NCBI RefSeq assembly: GCF_055900595.2
Contig: NZ_CM148325.1
Length of the DNA: 64,000 nt
Strand: one strand, 5' to 3'
A model generated the notes under the pieces. It worked only from the letters and a program-made list of their open reading frames with translations, was not told the origin of the DNA and ran no database searches. The position numbers and the translations under genes are program-made. Positions 53,101 through 64,000 of this stretch are shown piece by piece; the stretch's first letter is position 1, and each line of letters begins with the position of its first letter.

Positions 53101-53109
53101 ATGCAACAC

Positions 53110-53240
53110 CGTGCGCGCTGATCCCCTCACCCCGGCCCTCTCCCGGAGGGAGAGGGAGAAAACCGGCGCAATATTCAACACCGCGCACAATCGGTCCCCT
53201 CGCCCCTTCGGGGAGAGGGTTAGGGTGAGGGGCAATGCGC
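53110..53240. repeat. GC-rich palindromic intergenic repeat pair (boxC-like), second site
   Basis: CCCTCACCCCGGCCCTCTCCCGGAGGGAGAGGGAGAA and GGTCCCCTCGCCCCTTCGGGGAGAGGGTTAGGGTGAGGG between phnK and phnL. Confidence 0.6.
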
Positions 53241-53276
53241 GCACCGCTCCCCAATATGCGAACCACGAGGCGAAAA

Positions 53277-53957
53277 ATGATTAACGTACAAAACGTCAGT
53301 AAAACCTTCATCCTGCACCAGCAAAACGGCGTGCGCCTGCCCGTCTTACAACGCGCCTCGCTCACCGTCAACGCGGGCGAATGCGTGGTGCTCCACGGTC
53401 ACTCCGGCAGCGGCAAATCGACCCTGCTACGTTCGCTGTACGCCAACTATCTGCCCGACGAAGGGCAAATCCAGATTAAACACGGTGACGAATGGATAGA
53501 CCTGGTCACCGCCCCAGCGCGCAAAGTGGTGGAAATCCGCAAAACCACTGTCGGCTGGGTAAGTCAGTTTCTGCGCGTCATCCCGCGTATTTCGGCACTG
53601 GAAGTGGTGATGCAGCCGCTGCTCGATACCGGCGTTCCGCGTGAAGCCTGCGCCGCTAAAGCCGCCCGATTACTGACGCGCCTGAACGTGCCTGAACGCC
53701 TGTGGCACCTGGCACCATCGACCTTCTCCGGCGGCGAACAGCAGCGCGTCAACATCGCCCGTGGCTTTATCGTCGACTATCCGATTCTGCTGCTGGATGA
53801 ACCCACCGCCTCGCTGGACGCCAAAAACAGCGCCGCCGTAGTGGAACTGATCTGCGAAGCCAAAGCCCGCGGCGCGGCCATCGTCGGTATCTTCCATGAC
53901 GAAGCCGTACGCAATGACGTCGCCGACCGCCTGCACCCAATGGGAGTCTCTTCATGA
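53277..53957 (+). CDS. phnL: C-P lyase system ATP-binding protein PhnL
   Basis: Frame from ATG 53277 ([24 protein letters not shown]...), Walker [10 protein letters not shown]. Confidence 0.85.
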   Translation: MINVQNVSKTFILHQQNGVRLPVLQRASLTVNAGECVVLHGHSGSGKSTLLRSLYANYLPDEGQIQIKHGDEWIDLVTAPARKVVEIRKTTVGWVSQFLRVIPRISALEVVMQPLLDTGVPREACAAKAARLLTRLNVPERLWHLAPSTFSGGEQQRVNIARGFIVDYPILLLDEPTASLDAKNSAAVVELICEAKARGAAIVGIFHDEAVRNDVADRLHPMGVSS

Positions 53958-55090
53958 TTATCAATAACGTCAAACTGGTGCTGGAAAATGAAGTGGTGCA
54001 CGGTTCACTGGAAGTACAGGATGGCGAAATTCGCGCCTTTGCCGAAAGCCAGAGCCGCCTGCCAGAGGCGATGGACGGCGAAGGCGGCTGGCTGCTGCCG
54101 GGGCTGATTGAGCTGCATACCGACAACCTCGATAAATTCTTCACTCCGCGCCCAAAAGTGGACTGGCCTGCCCACTCGGCGATGAGCAGCCACGACGCGC
54201 TGATGGTGGCGAGCGGCATCACCACCGTACTGGATGCCGTGGCGATTGGCGACGTGCGCGACGGCGGCGATCGGCTGGAGAATCTGGAGAAGATGATCAA
54301 CGCCATCGAAGAGACGCAGAAACGCGGCGTCAACCGCGCCGAGCACCGTCTGCACCTGCGCTGTGAACTGCCACATCACACCACGCTGCCGCTGTTTGAA
54401 AAACTGGTGCAGCGCGAGCCGGTAACGCTGGTGTCGCTAATGGACCACTCGCCGGGCCAGCGCCAGTTCGCCAATCGCGAGAAGTATCGCGAATATTATC
54501 AGGGCAAATACTCGCTCACCGATGCGCAGATGCAGCTGTACGAAGAGGAACAGCTGGCGCTTGCCGCACGCTGGTCGCAGCCGAATCGCGAAACCATCGC
54601 CGCAATGTGCCGCGCGCGACAAATTGCCCTCGCCAGCCACGATGACGCCACGCACGCGCACGTTGCCGAATCCCACCAGCTTGGCAGCGTAATCGCCGAA
54701 TTTCCCACCACGTTCGAAGCGGCGGAAGCTTCGCGCAAGCATGGCATGAATGTATTGATGGGCGCGCCGAATATTGTGCGCGGCGGTTCGCACTCCGGCA
54801 ACGTGGCGGCCAGTGAACTGGCACAGCTTGGTCTGCTGGATATCCTCTCTTCCGACTACTACCCCGCCAGCCTGCTCGATGCGGCATTTCGCGTCGCCGA
54901 TGACGAGAGCAACCGCTTTACGCTGCCGCAGGCGGTGAAGCTGGTGACTAAAAATCCGGCGCAGGCGCTGAATCTTCAGGATCGCGGGGTGATTGGCGAG
55001 GGCAAACGCGCCGACCTGGTGCTGGCGCATCGCAAGGGTAATCACATTCATATCGACCACGTCTGGCGTCAGGGGAAAAGGGTGTTTTGA
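53954..55090 (+). CDS. phnM: PhnM (amidohydrolase-family, alpha-D-ribose 1-methylphosphonate 5-triphosphate diphosphatase)
   Basis: 378-aa ORF; operon order. Confidence 0.85.
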   Translation: MIINNVKLVLENEVVHGSLEVQDGEIRAFAESQSRLPEAMDGEGGWLLPGLIELHTDNLDKFFTPRPKVDWPAHSAMSSHDALMVASGITTVLDAVAIGDVRDGGDRLENLEKMINAIEETQKRGVNRAEHRLHLRCELPHHTTLPLFEKLVQREPVTLVSLMDHSPGQRQFANREKYREYYQGKYSLTDAQMQLYEEEQLALAARWSQPNRETIAAMCRARQIALASHDDATHAHVAESHQLGSVIAEFPTTFEAAEASRKHGMNVLMGAPNIVRGGSHSGNVAASELAQLGLLDILSSDYYPASLLDAAFRVADDESNRFTLPQAVKLVTKNPAQALNLQDRGVIGEGKRADLVLAHRKGNHIHIDHVWRQGKRVF

Positions 55091-55647
55091 TGATGGGAAA
55101 ACTGGTTTGGTTGATGGGGCCGTCCGGCTCCGGGAAAGATAGCCTGCTGGCGGAGCTCCGCCTGCGGGAACAAGCTCAGTTACTGGTGGCGCATCGCTAC
55201 ATCACGCGCGATGCCAGCGCCGGAAGCGAAAATCATATCGCCCTGAGTGAGCAGGAGTTTTTTGCCCGCGCGGGGCAGCAACTCTTCGCATTAAGCTGGC
55301 ATGCTAATAGCTACTATTACGGTGCCGGGCTGGAAATTGACCTCTGGCTGCACGCCGGATTCGACGTGGTGGTCAACGGTTCACGCGCCCATCTGCCGCA
55401 GGCGCGGGCGCGCTATCAATCGGCGCTGCTGCCCATCTGTTTACAGGTTTCGCCAGAGATCCTGCGCCAGCGCCTGGAAAACCGTGGACGGGAAAACGCG
55501 ACAGAAATTAACGCCCGACTCGCACGCGCCGCCCGCTATACTCCTCAGGATTGCCATACGCTCAACAATGACGGCAGCCTGCGCCAGTCGGTCGACACGC
55601 TGCTGACGCTGATCCATCAGAAGGAGAAACACCATGCCTGCTTGTGA
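55090..55647 (+). CDS. phnN: Ribose 1,5-bisphosphate phosphokinase PhnN
   Basis: Frame from ATG 55090 ([20 protein letters not shown]...), P-loop present. Confidence 0.85.
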   Translation: MMGKLVWLMGPSGSGKDSLLAELRLREQAQLLVAHRYITRDASAGSENHIALSEQEFFARAGQQLFALSWHANSYYYGAGLEIDLWLHAGFDVVVNGSRAHLPQARARYQSALLPICLQVSPEILRQRLENRGRENATEINARLARAARYTPQDCHTLNNDGSLRQSVDTLLTLIHQKEKHHACL

Positions 55648-56068
55648 GCTTCGCCCGGCCACGCAGTACGATACCGACGCGGTTTACGCGCTGATTTGCG
55701 AGCTAAAACAGGCGGAGTTTGACCACCACGCGTTTCGCGTGGGGTTTAACGCCAATCTGCGCGACCCGAACATGCGCTACCATCTGGCGCTGCTGGATGG
55801 CGAAGTTGTCGGCATGATCGGCCTGCATTTGCAGTTTCATCTGCATCATGTCAACTGGATCGGCGAAATTCAGGAACTGGTGGTGATGCCGCAGGCACGT
55901 GGTTTGAACGTGGGTAGCAAATTGCTGGCATGGGCGGAAAAAGAAGCTCGCCAGGCCGGGGCCGAAATGACCGAGCTTTCCACCAACGTCAAGCGCCACG
56001 ACGCGCACCGTTTCTATCTGCGCGAAGGCTACGAGCAGAGCCACTTCCGCTTCACCAAGGCGCTGTAA
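55634..56068 (+). CDS. phnO: Aminoalkylphosphonate N-acetyltransferase PhnO
   Basis: 144-aa GNAT-like ORF. Confidence 0.85.
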   Translation: MPACELRPATQYDTDAVYALICELKQAEFDHHAFRVGFNANLRDPNMRYHLALLDGEVVGMIGLHLQFHLHHVNWIGEIQELVVMPQARGLNVGSKLLAWAEKEARQAGAEMTELSTNVKRHDAHRFYLREGYEQSHFRFTKAL

Positions 56069-56069
56069 C

Positions 56070-56828
56070 ATGAGCCTGACCCTCACACTTACTGGCACTG
56101 GCGGCGCACAGGGTGTTCCCGCATGGGGCTGTGAGTGCGCGGCCTGCGCCAGAGCGCGGCGCTCACCGCAGTATCGCCGCCAGCCATGCAGCGGCGTCGT
56201 GAAGTTTAACGACGCGATCACCCTGATCGACGCCGGGCTGCACGGTCTCGCCGATCGCTGGTCGCCCGGATCGTTCCAGCAGTTTTTGCTGACACACTAC
56301 CATATGGATCACGTGCAGGGGCTGTTTCCGCTGCGCTGGGGCGTGGGCGATTCGATCCCGGTCTACGGCCCGCCGGATGAACAGGGCTGCGACGATCTGT
56401 TTAAACATCCGGGCCTGCTTGATTTCAGCCACACGGTGGAGCCATTTGTGATGTTTGATTTGCAGGGATTACAGGTCACGCCGCTGCCGCTCAACCATTC
56501 GAAACTCACTTTCGGCTATCTACTGGAAACGGCACATAGCCGGGTGGCGTGGCTGTCTGACACCGCAGGCCTGCCGGAAAAAACGGTGAAATTTTTACGC
56601 AATAATCAGCCGCAGGTGATGGTGATTGATTGCAGTCACCCACCGCGCGCGAATTCGCCACGCAATCACTGTGATTTAAACACCGTGCTGGCGCTGAATG
56701 AAGTTATCCGCTCGCCGCGCGTGGTTCTGACACATATCAGCCATCAGCTTGATGTGTGGCTGATGGAGAACGTACTGCCGTCAGGGTTTGAGGCGGGGTT
56801 TGATGGGATGGAGATTGGGGTGGAGTGA
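56070..56828 (+). CDS. phnP: Phosphodiesterase PhnP (metallo-beta-lactamase fold)
   Basis: 252-aa ORF with HxHxDH motif ([10 protein letters not shown]). Confidence 0.85.
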   Translation: MSLTLTLTGTGGAQGVPAWGCECAACARARRSPQYRRQPCSGVVKFNDAITLIDAGLHGLADRWSPGSFQQFLLTHYHMDHVQGLFPLRWGVGDSIPVYGPPDEQGCDDLFKHPGLLDFSHTVEPFVMFDLQGLQVTPLPLNHSKLTFGYLLETAHSRVAWLSDTAGLPEKTVKFLRNNQPQVMVIDCSHPPRANSPRNHCDLNTVLALNEVIRSPRVVLTHISHQLDVWLMENVLPSGFEAGFDGMEIGVE

Positions 56829-56862
56829 TGGGTGAGGGGCGATGCCTGCTCTAAACTCAACA

Positions 56863-57192
56863 TCACCGCCCATACTCATCTTCCATTCTCCGCTCTTCAT
56901 CTTCTAGCTGCCGACGCTCCTGATCCAGCTGGCGCTGGCGATCGTCCAGCTGCCTGCGGCGATCTTCAAACTGGCGGCGGCGATCGTCATATTGTCTGCG
57001 CCGATCGTCGTTCACTTCACGCTGCCAGCCGTCGTCGCGCGAATCTTCATAGTCTCGCCCACGGTCAGGGTTATAAGCATCGTTAATCGCCTGCTGAATA
57101 TTACCAATGGTGTCGTCGATAATATCGGCCTGGGCCGGAACGGTGGACAGCGTGAGCAGGGTGAATAAAAGAAATAGCGGAAAACGTTTCAT
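56863..57192 (-). CDS. yjdP: Small secreted Arg/Asp-rich protein YjdP
   Basis: 109-aa ORF with signal peptide and RRQ/DDR repeats. Confidence 0.75.
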   Translation of the reverse strand: MKRFPLFLLFTLLTLSTVPAQADIIDDTIGNIQQAINDAYNPDRGRDYEDSRDDGWQREVNDDRRRQYDDRRRQFEDRRRQLDDRQRQLDQERRQLEDEERRMEDEYGR

Positions 57193-57260
57193 TAGCCAAC
57201 CTCAAAAAGAAACTCTATCCACATTAGTCATTACTCATCCATGCAAGTAGTGGATGAATC

Positions 57261-57578
57261 TCAATTTTTCCGCTGCTCTATTGCCGTAATCGCCTCCACA
57301 CGTTGTTGATGACGACCGCCTTCGTACTGCGCGCCCAGCCACGCATCCACAATCATTTTTGCCAGTTCGAGGCCAACCACTCGTGAACCAAAAGCCAGTG
57401 CAACTTCACTGGCGTAATGCGGATAATCAGTGCGCTCTGACGACCTGGTTTCTTTATCAATCCCCTCACTCATTGACCATGAATAAAAGGCTGGCACAGC
57501 AACGCAGAATCCTGCGGTGCCAGCGACATGACCGCCCATTGCTCCGGTACGTTTTTTAATAAGAAACACCGGTTGCAT
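57261..57578 (-). pseudogene. rpiB: rpiB remnant (ribose-5-phosphate isomerase B with internal deletion)
   Basis: 105-aa ORF contains SSERTDYPHYAS and C-terminal FGSRVVGLELAKMIVDAWLGAQYEGGRHQQRVEAITAIEQR matching RpiB, but lacks about 50 central residues. Confidence 0.7.
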
Positions 57579-57830
57579 TGATTAATTGTGCTCAGTATTT
57601 GCCGAAGTACAATATATATAATAAATATATAAAACACCTCATATTATTTACAGAGATAATAAATTCGCATACTTTTCCCTCTTCAGCACAAATGCCTAAT
57701 AAAATGGCTCGTTCCGCTCACACTTCCACTTATTAAAATCGCAATTTCCCAATTATGATAACGCCAGCTTTAAATGACGTATTTTGCATGGATTACATAT
57801 TTACGACACAAATGATAAATGGAGATTTAT

Positions 57831-59816
57831 ATGAATAACTCTCGGTTATTCCGTTTGAGCAGGATTGTTATTGCGTTAACTGCCGCCAGCGGCATGATGG
57901 TAAATACCGCTCACGCAACAGATGAAGCGAAAGCCGCCACTCAATATACCCAACAGGTTAATCAGAATTACGCCAAATCATTACCGTTTAGCGATCGTCA
58001 GGATTTTGACGATGCCCAGCGCGGATTTATCGCCCCGCTGCTGGATGAAGGTATTCTGCGCGATGCGAATGGCAAAGTTTACTACCGCGCGGATGATTAC
58101 AAATTTGATATTAATGCCGCTGCGCCGGAAACCGTAAACCCCAGCCTGTGGCGTCAGTCGCAGATCAACGGCATTTCTGGCCTGTTCAAAGTCACCGATA
58201 AAATGTATCAGGTGCGCGGCCAGGATATCTCTAACATTACATTCGTTGAGGGCGAGAAAGGCATTATTGTTATCGACCCACTGGTGACACCGCCTGCCGC
58301 AAAAGCCGCACTTGACCTTTACTTCCAGCATCGTCCGCAAAAACCGATTGTTGCTGTTATTTACACCCACAGCCACGCCGACCATTATGGCGGTGTGAAA
58401 GGCATTATCTCTGAAGCGGATGTTAAATCTGGCAAAGTGCAGGTGATCGCTCCGGCAGGCTTTATGGACGAAGCCATCAGCGAAAACGTGCTGGCGGGTA
58501 ACATCATGAGCCGCCGTGCGCTCTACTCTTACGGTCTGTTACTGCCGCACAACGCGCAAGGCAACGTGGGCAACGGCCTGGGCGTGACGCTGGCAACGGG
58601 CGATCCGAGCATTATTGCGCCAACCAAAACGATTGTCAGAACTGGCGAGAAGATGGTTATCGACGGTCTGGAGTTTGACTTTCTGATGACTCCGGGTAGC
58701 GAAGCGCCAGCCGAAATGCACTTCTATATTCCGGCCCTGAAAGCCCTGTGTACCGCCGAAAACGCCACGCATACCCTGCACAACTTCTACACCCTGCGCG
58801 GCGCGAAAACCCGCGATACCAGCAAGTGGACAGCGTATCTGAACGAAACGCTGGATATGTGGGGTAACGACGCGGAAGTACTGTTTATGCCGCACACCTG
58901 GCCGGTCTGGGGCAATAAGCATATCAATGATTATATTGGTAAATATCGCGATACTATCAAATACATTCACGACCAGCCCCTGCACCTGGCGAACCAGGGT
59001 TACACCATGAATGAAATCGGCGACATGATTAAGCTGCCACCTGCGCTTGCCAATAACTGGGCCAGCCGCGGCTATTACGGTTCTGTTAGCCACAACGCCC
59101 GTGCAGTGTATAACTTCTATCTCGGCTATTATGACGGCAATCCAGCTAACCTACATCCGTACGGTCAGGTGGAGATGGGCAAACGTTACGTGAAAGCGCT
59201 GGGCGGTTCCGCCCGTGTCATCAACCTGGCGCAAGAAGCGAACAAGCAAGGGGATTACCGCTGGTCAGCAGAGTTGCTGAAACAATTGATTGCCGCCAAT
59301 CCGGGTGACCAGGTGGCGAAGAATCTGCAAGCAAATAACTTTGAACAGTTGGGTTATCAGGCCGAGTCCGCCACCTGGCGCGGTTTCTACCTGACCGGCG
59401 CAAAAGAGCTGCGCGAAGGGGTGCATAAGTTCAGCCACGGCACCACCGGTTCTCCGGACACCCTTCGCGGGATGTCGGTCGAAATGCTGTTCGACTTTAT
59501 GGCCGTTCGCCTCGATAGCGCGAAAGCCGCAGGTAAGAATATCAGCCTGAACTTCAATATGAGCAACGGCGATAACCTCAACCTGACGCTGAACGATAGC
59601 GTGCTTAACTACCGTAAAACGCTGCAACCTGAAGCCAACGCCTCTTTCTACATCAGCCGTGAAGATCTTCACGCCGTGCTGACCGGACAAGCCAAAATAG
59701 CGGATCTGGTAAAAGTGAAGAAAGCCAAAATTATTGGCAATGGCGCGAAACTGGAAGAAATTATTGCCTGTCTGGATAATTTCGATTTGTGGGTGAATAT
59801 CGTAACCCCAAATTAA
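57831..59816 (+). CDS. yjcS: Putative alkyl/aryl-sulfatase YjcS (metallo-beta-lactamase fold)
   Basis: 661-aa frame from ATG 57831 ([29 protein letters not shown]...) with signal peptide and [10 protein letters not shown] motif. Confidence 0.85.
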   Translation: MNNSRLFRLSRIVIALTAASGMMVNTAHATDEAKAATQYTQQVNQNYAKSLPFSDRQDFDDAQRGFIAPLLDEGILRDANGKVYYRADDYKFDINAAAPETVNPSLWRQSQINGISGLFKVTDKMYQVRGQDISNITFVEGEKGIIVIDPLVTPPAAKAALDLYFQHRPQKPIVAVIYTHSHADHYGGVKGIISEADVKSGKVQVIAPAGFMDEAISENVLAGNIMSRRALYSYGLLLPHNAQGNVGNGLGVTLATGDPSIIAPTKTIVRTGEKMVIDGLEFDFLMTPGSEAPAEMHFYIPALKALCTAENATHTLHNFYTLRGAKTRDTSKWTAYLNETLDMWGNDAEVLFMPHTWPVWGNKHINDYIGKYRDTIKYIHDQPLHLANQGYTMNEIGDMIKLPPALANNWASRGYYGSVSHNARAVYNFYLGYYDGNPANLHPYGQVEMGKRYVKALGGSARVINLAQEANKQGDYRWSAELLKQLIAANPGDQVAKNLQANNFEQLGYQAESATWRGFYLTGAKELREGVHKFSHGTTGSPDTLRGMSVEMLFDFMAVRLDSAKAAGKNISLNFNMSNGDNLNLTLNDSVLNYRKTLQPEANASFYISREDLHAVLTGQAKIADLVKVKKAKIIGNGAKLEEIIACLDNFDLWVNIVTPN

Positions 59817-59824
59817 TGCCACTC

Positions 59825-59862
59825 ACTTTTGGGGGCGCTTAAGCCCCCAAAAGTATTTATTT
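59825..59862 (+). terminator. Rho-independent terminator downstream of yjcS
   Basis: TTTTGGGGGCGCTTAAGCCCCCAAAAG hairpin followed by T-rich tract. Confidence 0.65.
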
Positions 59863-60024
59863 TAAAAATACATACAACCAATTAATACATAAAATATATA
59901 AGTTATGAATGCGGTGGCTGAATAAAGCTATTTTTATTCATCGAGAAAATAGCCATACTGACGCCTTCAATGGATATTGATATTCACTACAGATATTGTT
60001 CGCAGCAGACAGGATGTATTTAAT

Positions 60025-60300
60025 ATGCCAACAGTTCTCTCTCGCATGGCGATGCAACTCAAAAAAACAGCCTGGATAATTCCCGTCTTCATGGTTTCGG
60101 GATGCTCATTATCTCCGGCAATCCCGGTGATCGGCGCTTATTATCCCAGCTGGTTTTTCTGCGCCATTGCCAGCCTTATTTTGACGCTCATCACGAGGCG
60201 AATTATTCAGCGGGCAAATATCAATCTGGCATTTGTCGGAATTATTTATACCGCCCTTTTTGCTCTCTACGCCATGCTGTTCTGGCTGGCATTTTTCTAA
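60025..60300 (+). CDS. ytcA: Small lipoprotein/membrane protein YtcA
   Basis: 91-aa frame from ATG 60025 (MPTVLSRMAMQLKKTAWIIPVFMVSGCSLSPA...). Confidence 0.8.
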   Translation: MPTVLSRMAMQLKKTAWIIPVFMVSGCSLSPAIPVIGAYYPSWFFCAIASLILTLITRRIIQRANINLAFVGIIYTALFALYAMLFWLAFF

Positions 60301-60318
60301 TCTATTTGAGACGCGCTC

Positions 60319-61350
60319 ATGGAAAGTACGCCGAAAAAAGCTCCTCGCAGTAAATTCCCTGCTCTGTTAGTGGTTGCGTTGGCGCTGGTTGCCCTTGTTT
60401 TCGTTATCTGGCGCGTAGACAGTGCGCCATCAACTAATGACGCCTACGCGTCAGCAGATACCATTGATGTGGTGCCGGAAGTCAGCGGTCGCATTGTAGA
60501 ACTGGCGGTCACCGACAACCAGGCGGTGAAACAGGGCGATTTGCTGTTCCGCATCGACCCGCGCCCGTACGAAGCCAATCTGGCGAAAGCCGAAGCCTCC
60601 CTCGCGGCGCTGGATAAGCAAATTATGCTCACCCAGCGTAGCGTTGACGCACAACAGTTTGGTGCCGACTCGGTTAATGCCACGGTAGAAAAAGCCCGTG
60701 CCGCCGCGAAACAGGCCAGCGATACATTACGCCGCACCGAGCCATTACTGAAAGAAGGTTTTGTCTCAGCGGAAGACGTTGACCGCGCAAGAACCGCACA
60801 GCGTGCGGCAGAAGCAGATCTTAATGCCGTATTGTTACAGGCGCAGTCAGCCGCCAGCGCTGTCAGCGGCGTTGATGCACTCGTTGCCCAACGTGCAGCT
60901 GTTGAAGCGGATATCGCCCTGACCAAGTTGCATCTGGAAATGGCAACCGTTCGCGCGCCGTTTGATGGCCGAGTCATTTCCCTCAAAACTTCGGTTGGGC
61001 AATTTGCTTCTGCCATGCGCCCTATTTTCACCCTAATCGACACCCGTCACTGGTACGTGATCGCCAACTTCCGCGAAACCGATCTGAAAAATATTCGCTC
61101 GGGTACACCCGCAACGATTCGCCTGATGAGCGACAGCGGCAAAACCTTCGCAGGTAAAGTGGATTCGATTGGCTACGGCGTGCTACCGGATGACGGCGGC
61201 CTGGTGCTGGGCGGCCTGCCGAAAGTGTCTCGTTCTATTAACTGGGTCCGCGTTGCCCAGCGTTTTCCGGTCAAAATCATGGTTGAAAAACCTGACCCGG
61301 AAATGTTCCGCATCGGCGCTTCGGCAGTCGCTAATCTTGAGCCGCAATAA
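60319..61350 (+). CDS. mdtN: Multidrug efflux membrane fusion protein MdtN
   Basis: 343-aa ORF, HlyD-like. Confidence 0.85.
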   Translation: MESTPKKAPRSKFPALLVVALALVALVFVIWRVDSAPSTNDAYASADTIDVVPEVSGRIVELAVTDNQAVKQGDLLFRIDPRPYEANLAKAEASLAALDKQIMLTQRSVDAQQFGADSVNATVEKARAAAKQASDTLRRTEPLLKEGFVSAEDVDRARTAQRAAEADLNAVLLQAQSAASAVSGVDALVAQRAAVEADIALTKLHLEMATVRAPFDGRVISLKTSVGQFASAMRPIFTLIDTRHWYVIANFRETDLKNIRSGTPATIRLMSDSGKTFAGKVDSIGYGVLPDDGGLVLGGLPKVSRSINWVRVAQRFPVKIMVEKPDPEMFRIGASAVANLEPQ

Positions 61351-63401
61351 TGAGCGCGCTCAACTCCCTGCCATTACCGGTGGTCAGGCTGCTGGCGTTC
61401 TTTCATGAAGAGTTAAGCGAGCGGCGACCAGGTCGCGTGCCGCAGACTATGCAACTCTGGGTAGGCTGCTTGCTGGTGATTCTGATCTCGATGACTTTTG
61501 AGATCCCTTTTGTGGCGTTATCACTGGCAGTGCTGTTTTACGGTATTCAGTCGAACGCGTTTTACACCAAATTTGTCGCGATCTTGTTTGTGGTCGCCAC
61601 GATGCTGGAAATCGCCAGCCTGTTTTTGATCTACAAATGGTCATATGGCGAACCGTTGATCCGATTGATCATTGCCGGACCGATCCTGATGGGCTGTATG
61701 TTTTTGATGCGCACCCATCGGTTGGGGCTGGTCTTTTTCGCCGTCGCCATTGTCGCTATTTACGGGCAAACCTTCCCCGCCATGCTCGACTATCCGGAAG
61801 TGGTCGTGCGCTTAACCCTGTGGTGTATTGTTGTCGGCCTCTACCCGACGTTATTGATGACGTTAATCGGCGTGCTGTGGTTTCCCAGCCGCGCTATCAC
61901 GCAGATGCATCAGGTGCTTAATGATCGGCTTGATGATGCCATTAGCCACCTGACGGACAGCCTCGCACCGCTACCCGAAACGCGGATTGAAAGAGAGGCG
62001 CTGGCGCTGCAAAAACTCAATGTCTTTTGCCTCGCGGACGATGCCAACTGGCGAACTCAGAGCGCATGGTGGCAAAGCTGCGTGGCAACGGTAACCTACA
62101 TTTACTCGACGCTGAATCGCTACGATCCCACCTCTTTTGCTGATTCTCAGGCAATTATTGAATTTCGGCAAAAATTAGCCTCAGAAATCAACAAACTGCA
62201 GCATGCCATTGCCGAAGGTCAGTGCTGGCAAAGCGACTGGCGGATCACTGAAAGTGAAGCGATGGCGGCACGGGAATGTAACCTGGAGAATATCTGCCAG
62301 ACATTGTTGCAACTGGGTCAGATGGACCCGAATACGCCGCCAACGCCCGCCGCCAAACCGCCATCAATGGTCGCCGATGCTTTTACCAATCCAGACTATA
62401 TGCGCTACGCGGTAAAAACGCTGCTCGCCTGTTTGATCTGTTACACCTTCTACAGCGGCGTGGACTGGGAAGGCATTCACACCTGTATGCTGACCTGCGT
62501 GATCGTCGCTAACCCCAATGTCGGTTCGTCGTACCAGAAGATGGTGTTGCGTTTTGGCGGGGCTTTTTGCGGCGCAATTCTGGCGCTGTTATTCACGCTA
62601 CTGGTCATGCCCTGGCTGGACAATATTGTCGAATTGCTGTTTGTGCTGGCACCGATTTTCCTGTTGGGCGCATGGATTGCCACCAGCTCTGAACGCTCTT
62701 CTTATATCGGCACACAGATGGTGGTCACCTTCGCGCTCGCCACGCTCGAAAACGTTTTTGGCCCGGTGTACGACCTGGTGGAAATTCGCGATCGCGCCCT
62801 GGGTATCATCATTGGTACCGTGGTGTCCGCGGTGATTTACACCTTTGTCTGGCCTGAAAGTGAAGCGCGCACACTGCCGCAAAAACTGGCTGGCGCGCTG
62901 GGTATGTTGAGTAAAGTAATGCGGATCCCACGCCAGCAGGAAGTCACGGCTCTGCGCACTTATCTGCAAATTCGCATAGGTCTGCATGCGGCGTTTAATG
63001 CCTGTGAAGAGATGTGCCAACGCGTGGCGCTGGAACGTCAACTGGATAGCGAAGAACGCGCGTTACTGATTGAACGTTCGCAAACGGTTATTCGTCAGGG
63101 CCGCGATATTCTTCACGCCTGGGATGCAACCTGGAACTCGGCGCAGGCGCTGGATAACGCACTACAGCCGGACAGAGCAGGCCTGTTTGCCGACGCACTG
63201 GAGAAATACGCCGCCGGCCTGGCAAGCGCATTCAGTCGTTCTCCTCAAATAACGCTTGAAGAAACACCCGCCTCGCAGGCCATTCTGCCGACCTTATTAA
63301 AACAGGAGCAACACGTCTGCCAGCTTTTCGCCCGCTTGCCAGACTGGACAGCCCCGGCATTAACGCCCGCCACGGAACAGGCACAAGGAGCCACGCAATG
63401 A
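61350..63401 (+). CDS. mdtO: Multidrug efflux inner-membrane protein MdtO
   Basis: 683-aa polytopic membrane ORF. Confidence 0.85.
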   Translation: MSALNSLPLPVVRLLAFFHEELSERRPGRVPQTMQLWVGCLLVILISMTFEIPFVALSLAVLFYGIQSNAFYTKFVAILFVVATMLEIASLFLIYKWSYGEPLIRLIIAGPILMGCMFLMRTHRLGLVFFAVAIVAIYGQTFPAMLDYPEVVVRLTLWCIVVGLYPTLLMTLIGVLWFPSRAITQMHQVLNDRLDDAISHLTDSLAPLPETRIEREALALQKLNVFCLADDANWRTQSAWWQSCVATVTYIYSTLNRYDPTSFADSQAIIEFRQKLASEINKLQHAIAEGQCWQSDWRITESEAMAARECNLENICQTLLQLGQMDPNTPPTPAAKPPSMVADAFTNPDYMRYAVKTLLACLICYTFYSGVDWEGIHTCMLTCVIVANPNVGSSYQKMVLRFGGAFCGAILALLFTLLVMPWLDNIVELLFVLAPIFLLGAWIATSSERSSYIGTQMVVTFALATLENVFGPVYDLVEIRDRALGIIIGTVVSAVIYTFVWPESEARTLPQKLAGALGMLSKVMRIPRQQEVTALRTYLQIRIGLHAAFNACEEMCQRVALERQLDSEERALLIERSQTVIRQGRDILHAWDATWNSAQALDNALQPDRAGLFADALEKYAAGLASAFSRSPQITLEETPASQAILPTLLKQEQHVCQLFARLPDWTAPALTPATEQAQGATQ

Positions 63402-64000
63402 TCAATCGTCAACTTTCACGCCTGCTGTTGTGCAGCATTCTCGGCAGCACGACGCTGATTTCCGGCTGTGCCCTGGTACGTAAGGATTCTGCGCCTCATC
63501 AACAGCTCAAACCGGAACAAATCAAACTGGCCGATGATATTCATCTTGCCAGCTCCGGTTGGCCGCAGGCGCAGTGGTGGAAACAACTCAATGACCCGCA
63601 GTTGGATGCTTTGATCCAACGGACGCTAAGTGGTTCACACACCCTCGCCGAAGCGAAACTGCGGGAAGAAAAAGCGCAGTCGCAGGCCGATTTGTTAGAT
63701 GCCGGTTCACAATTACAGGTCGCAGCGTTAGGGATGCTCAACCGCCAACGTGTCTCGGCGAACGGCTTTTTAAGCCCTTATGCTATGGATGCGCCAGCAC
63801 TGGGTATGGACGGGCCGTACTATACGGAAGCCACAGTCGGTTTGTTTGCCGGACTGGATCTTGATTTGTGGGGTGTGCATCGCTCAGCGGTTGCCGCCGC
63901 CATTGGCGCGCATAATGCAGCGCTGGCAGAAACCGCAGCAGTAGAGCTATCGCTGACCACGGGCGTAGCGCAGCTTTATTACAGTATGCAGGCCAGCTAT
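63398..64000 (+). CDS. mdtP: Multidrug efflux outer-membrane factor MdtP (5' part; continues beyond window end)
   Basis: Frame from ATG 63398 (MINRQLSRLLLCSILGSTTLISGCALV...) with lipoprotein signal, open to window end. Confidence 0.8.
   Translation, partial: MINRQLSRLLLCSILGSTTLISGCALVRKDSAPHQQLKPEQIKLADDIHLASSGWPQAQWWKQLNDPQLDALIQRTLSGSHTLAEAKLREEKAQSQADLLDAGSQLQVAALGMLNRQRVSANGFLSPYAMDAPALGMDGPYYTEATVGLFAGLDLDLWGVHRSAVAAAIGAHNAALAETAAVELSLTTGVAQLYYSMQASY

Noticed and set aside
53767-55060. Minus-strand ORFs of 188 and 207 aa
   Set aside because: They are antisense within phnL and phnM in a GC-rich region; shadow ORFs.
60444-61043. 199-aa minus-strand ORF
   Set aside because: It is antisense within mdtN; a shadow ORF.
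1-64000. CRISPR arrays or cas genes
   Set aside because: No regularly spaced direct repeats with unique spacers were seen; the repeats present are REP/BIME, boxC-like palindromes and the IS1 ends.

Overview
This window is an Escherichia coli/Shigella-type chromosomal segment, colinear with (and inverted relative to) the K-12 pheU-cadCBA-dtpC-lysU-ghoTS-yjdJI-dcuSR-dcuB-fumB-yjdF-mel-adi-eptA-basRS-proP-yjcZ-crfC-phnA..P-yjdP-yjcS-ytcA-mdtNOP region. Gene names are assigned from recalled protein sequences and gene order; no database search was run. The first ~9.8 kb is the distal arm of a CP4-57-like integrative island inserted at tRNA-Phe (pheU): a 22-nt tRNA 3'-end remnant plus terminator sits at 9790-9848, and the integrase and intact tRNA must lie left of the window. 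The island carries a YagK/YfjJ-like gene, a YfjP-like GTPase, a DUF932 protein, an antirestriction protein, a RadC-like protein, a DUF987 protein and a CbeA/CbtA-like toxin-antitoxin pair. The best candidate for an undescribed system is in the variable slot between the YfjJ-like and YfjP-like genes: an orphan, strongly AT-rich 407-aa ORF (2253-3476, minus strand) next to a ~1.5 kb ORF-free region containing a striking T-depleted A/C-rich tract (~780-1480). In the core genome, cadC is split by a complete IS1 (768 bp, 9-bp target duplication CTCCACCTT) while cadB and cadA are intact. melB is absent, with the melA and yjdF stop codons overlapping. The als operon is absent and only an internally deleted rpiB remnant remains. 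The phn operon appears intact, including phnE.
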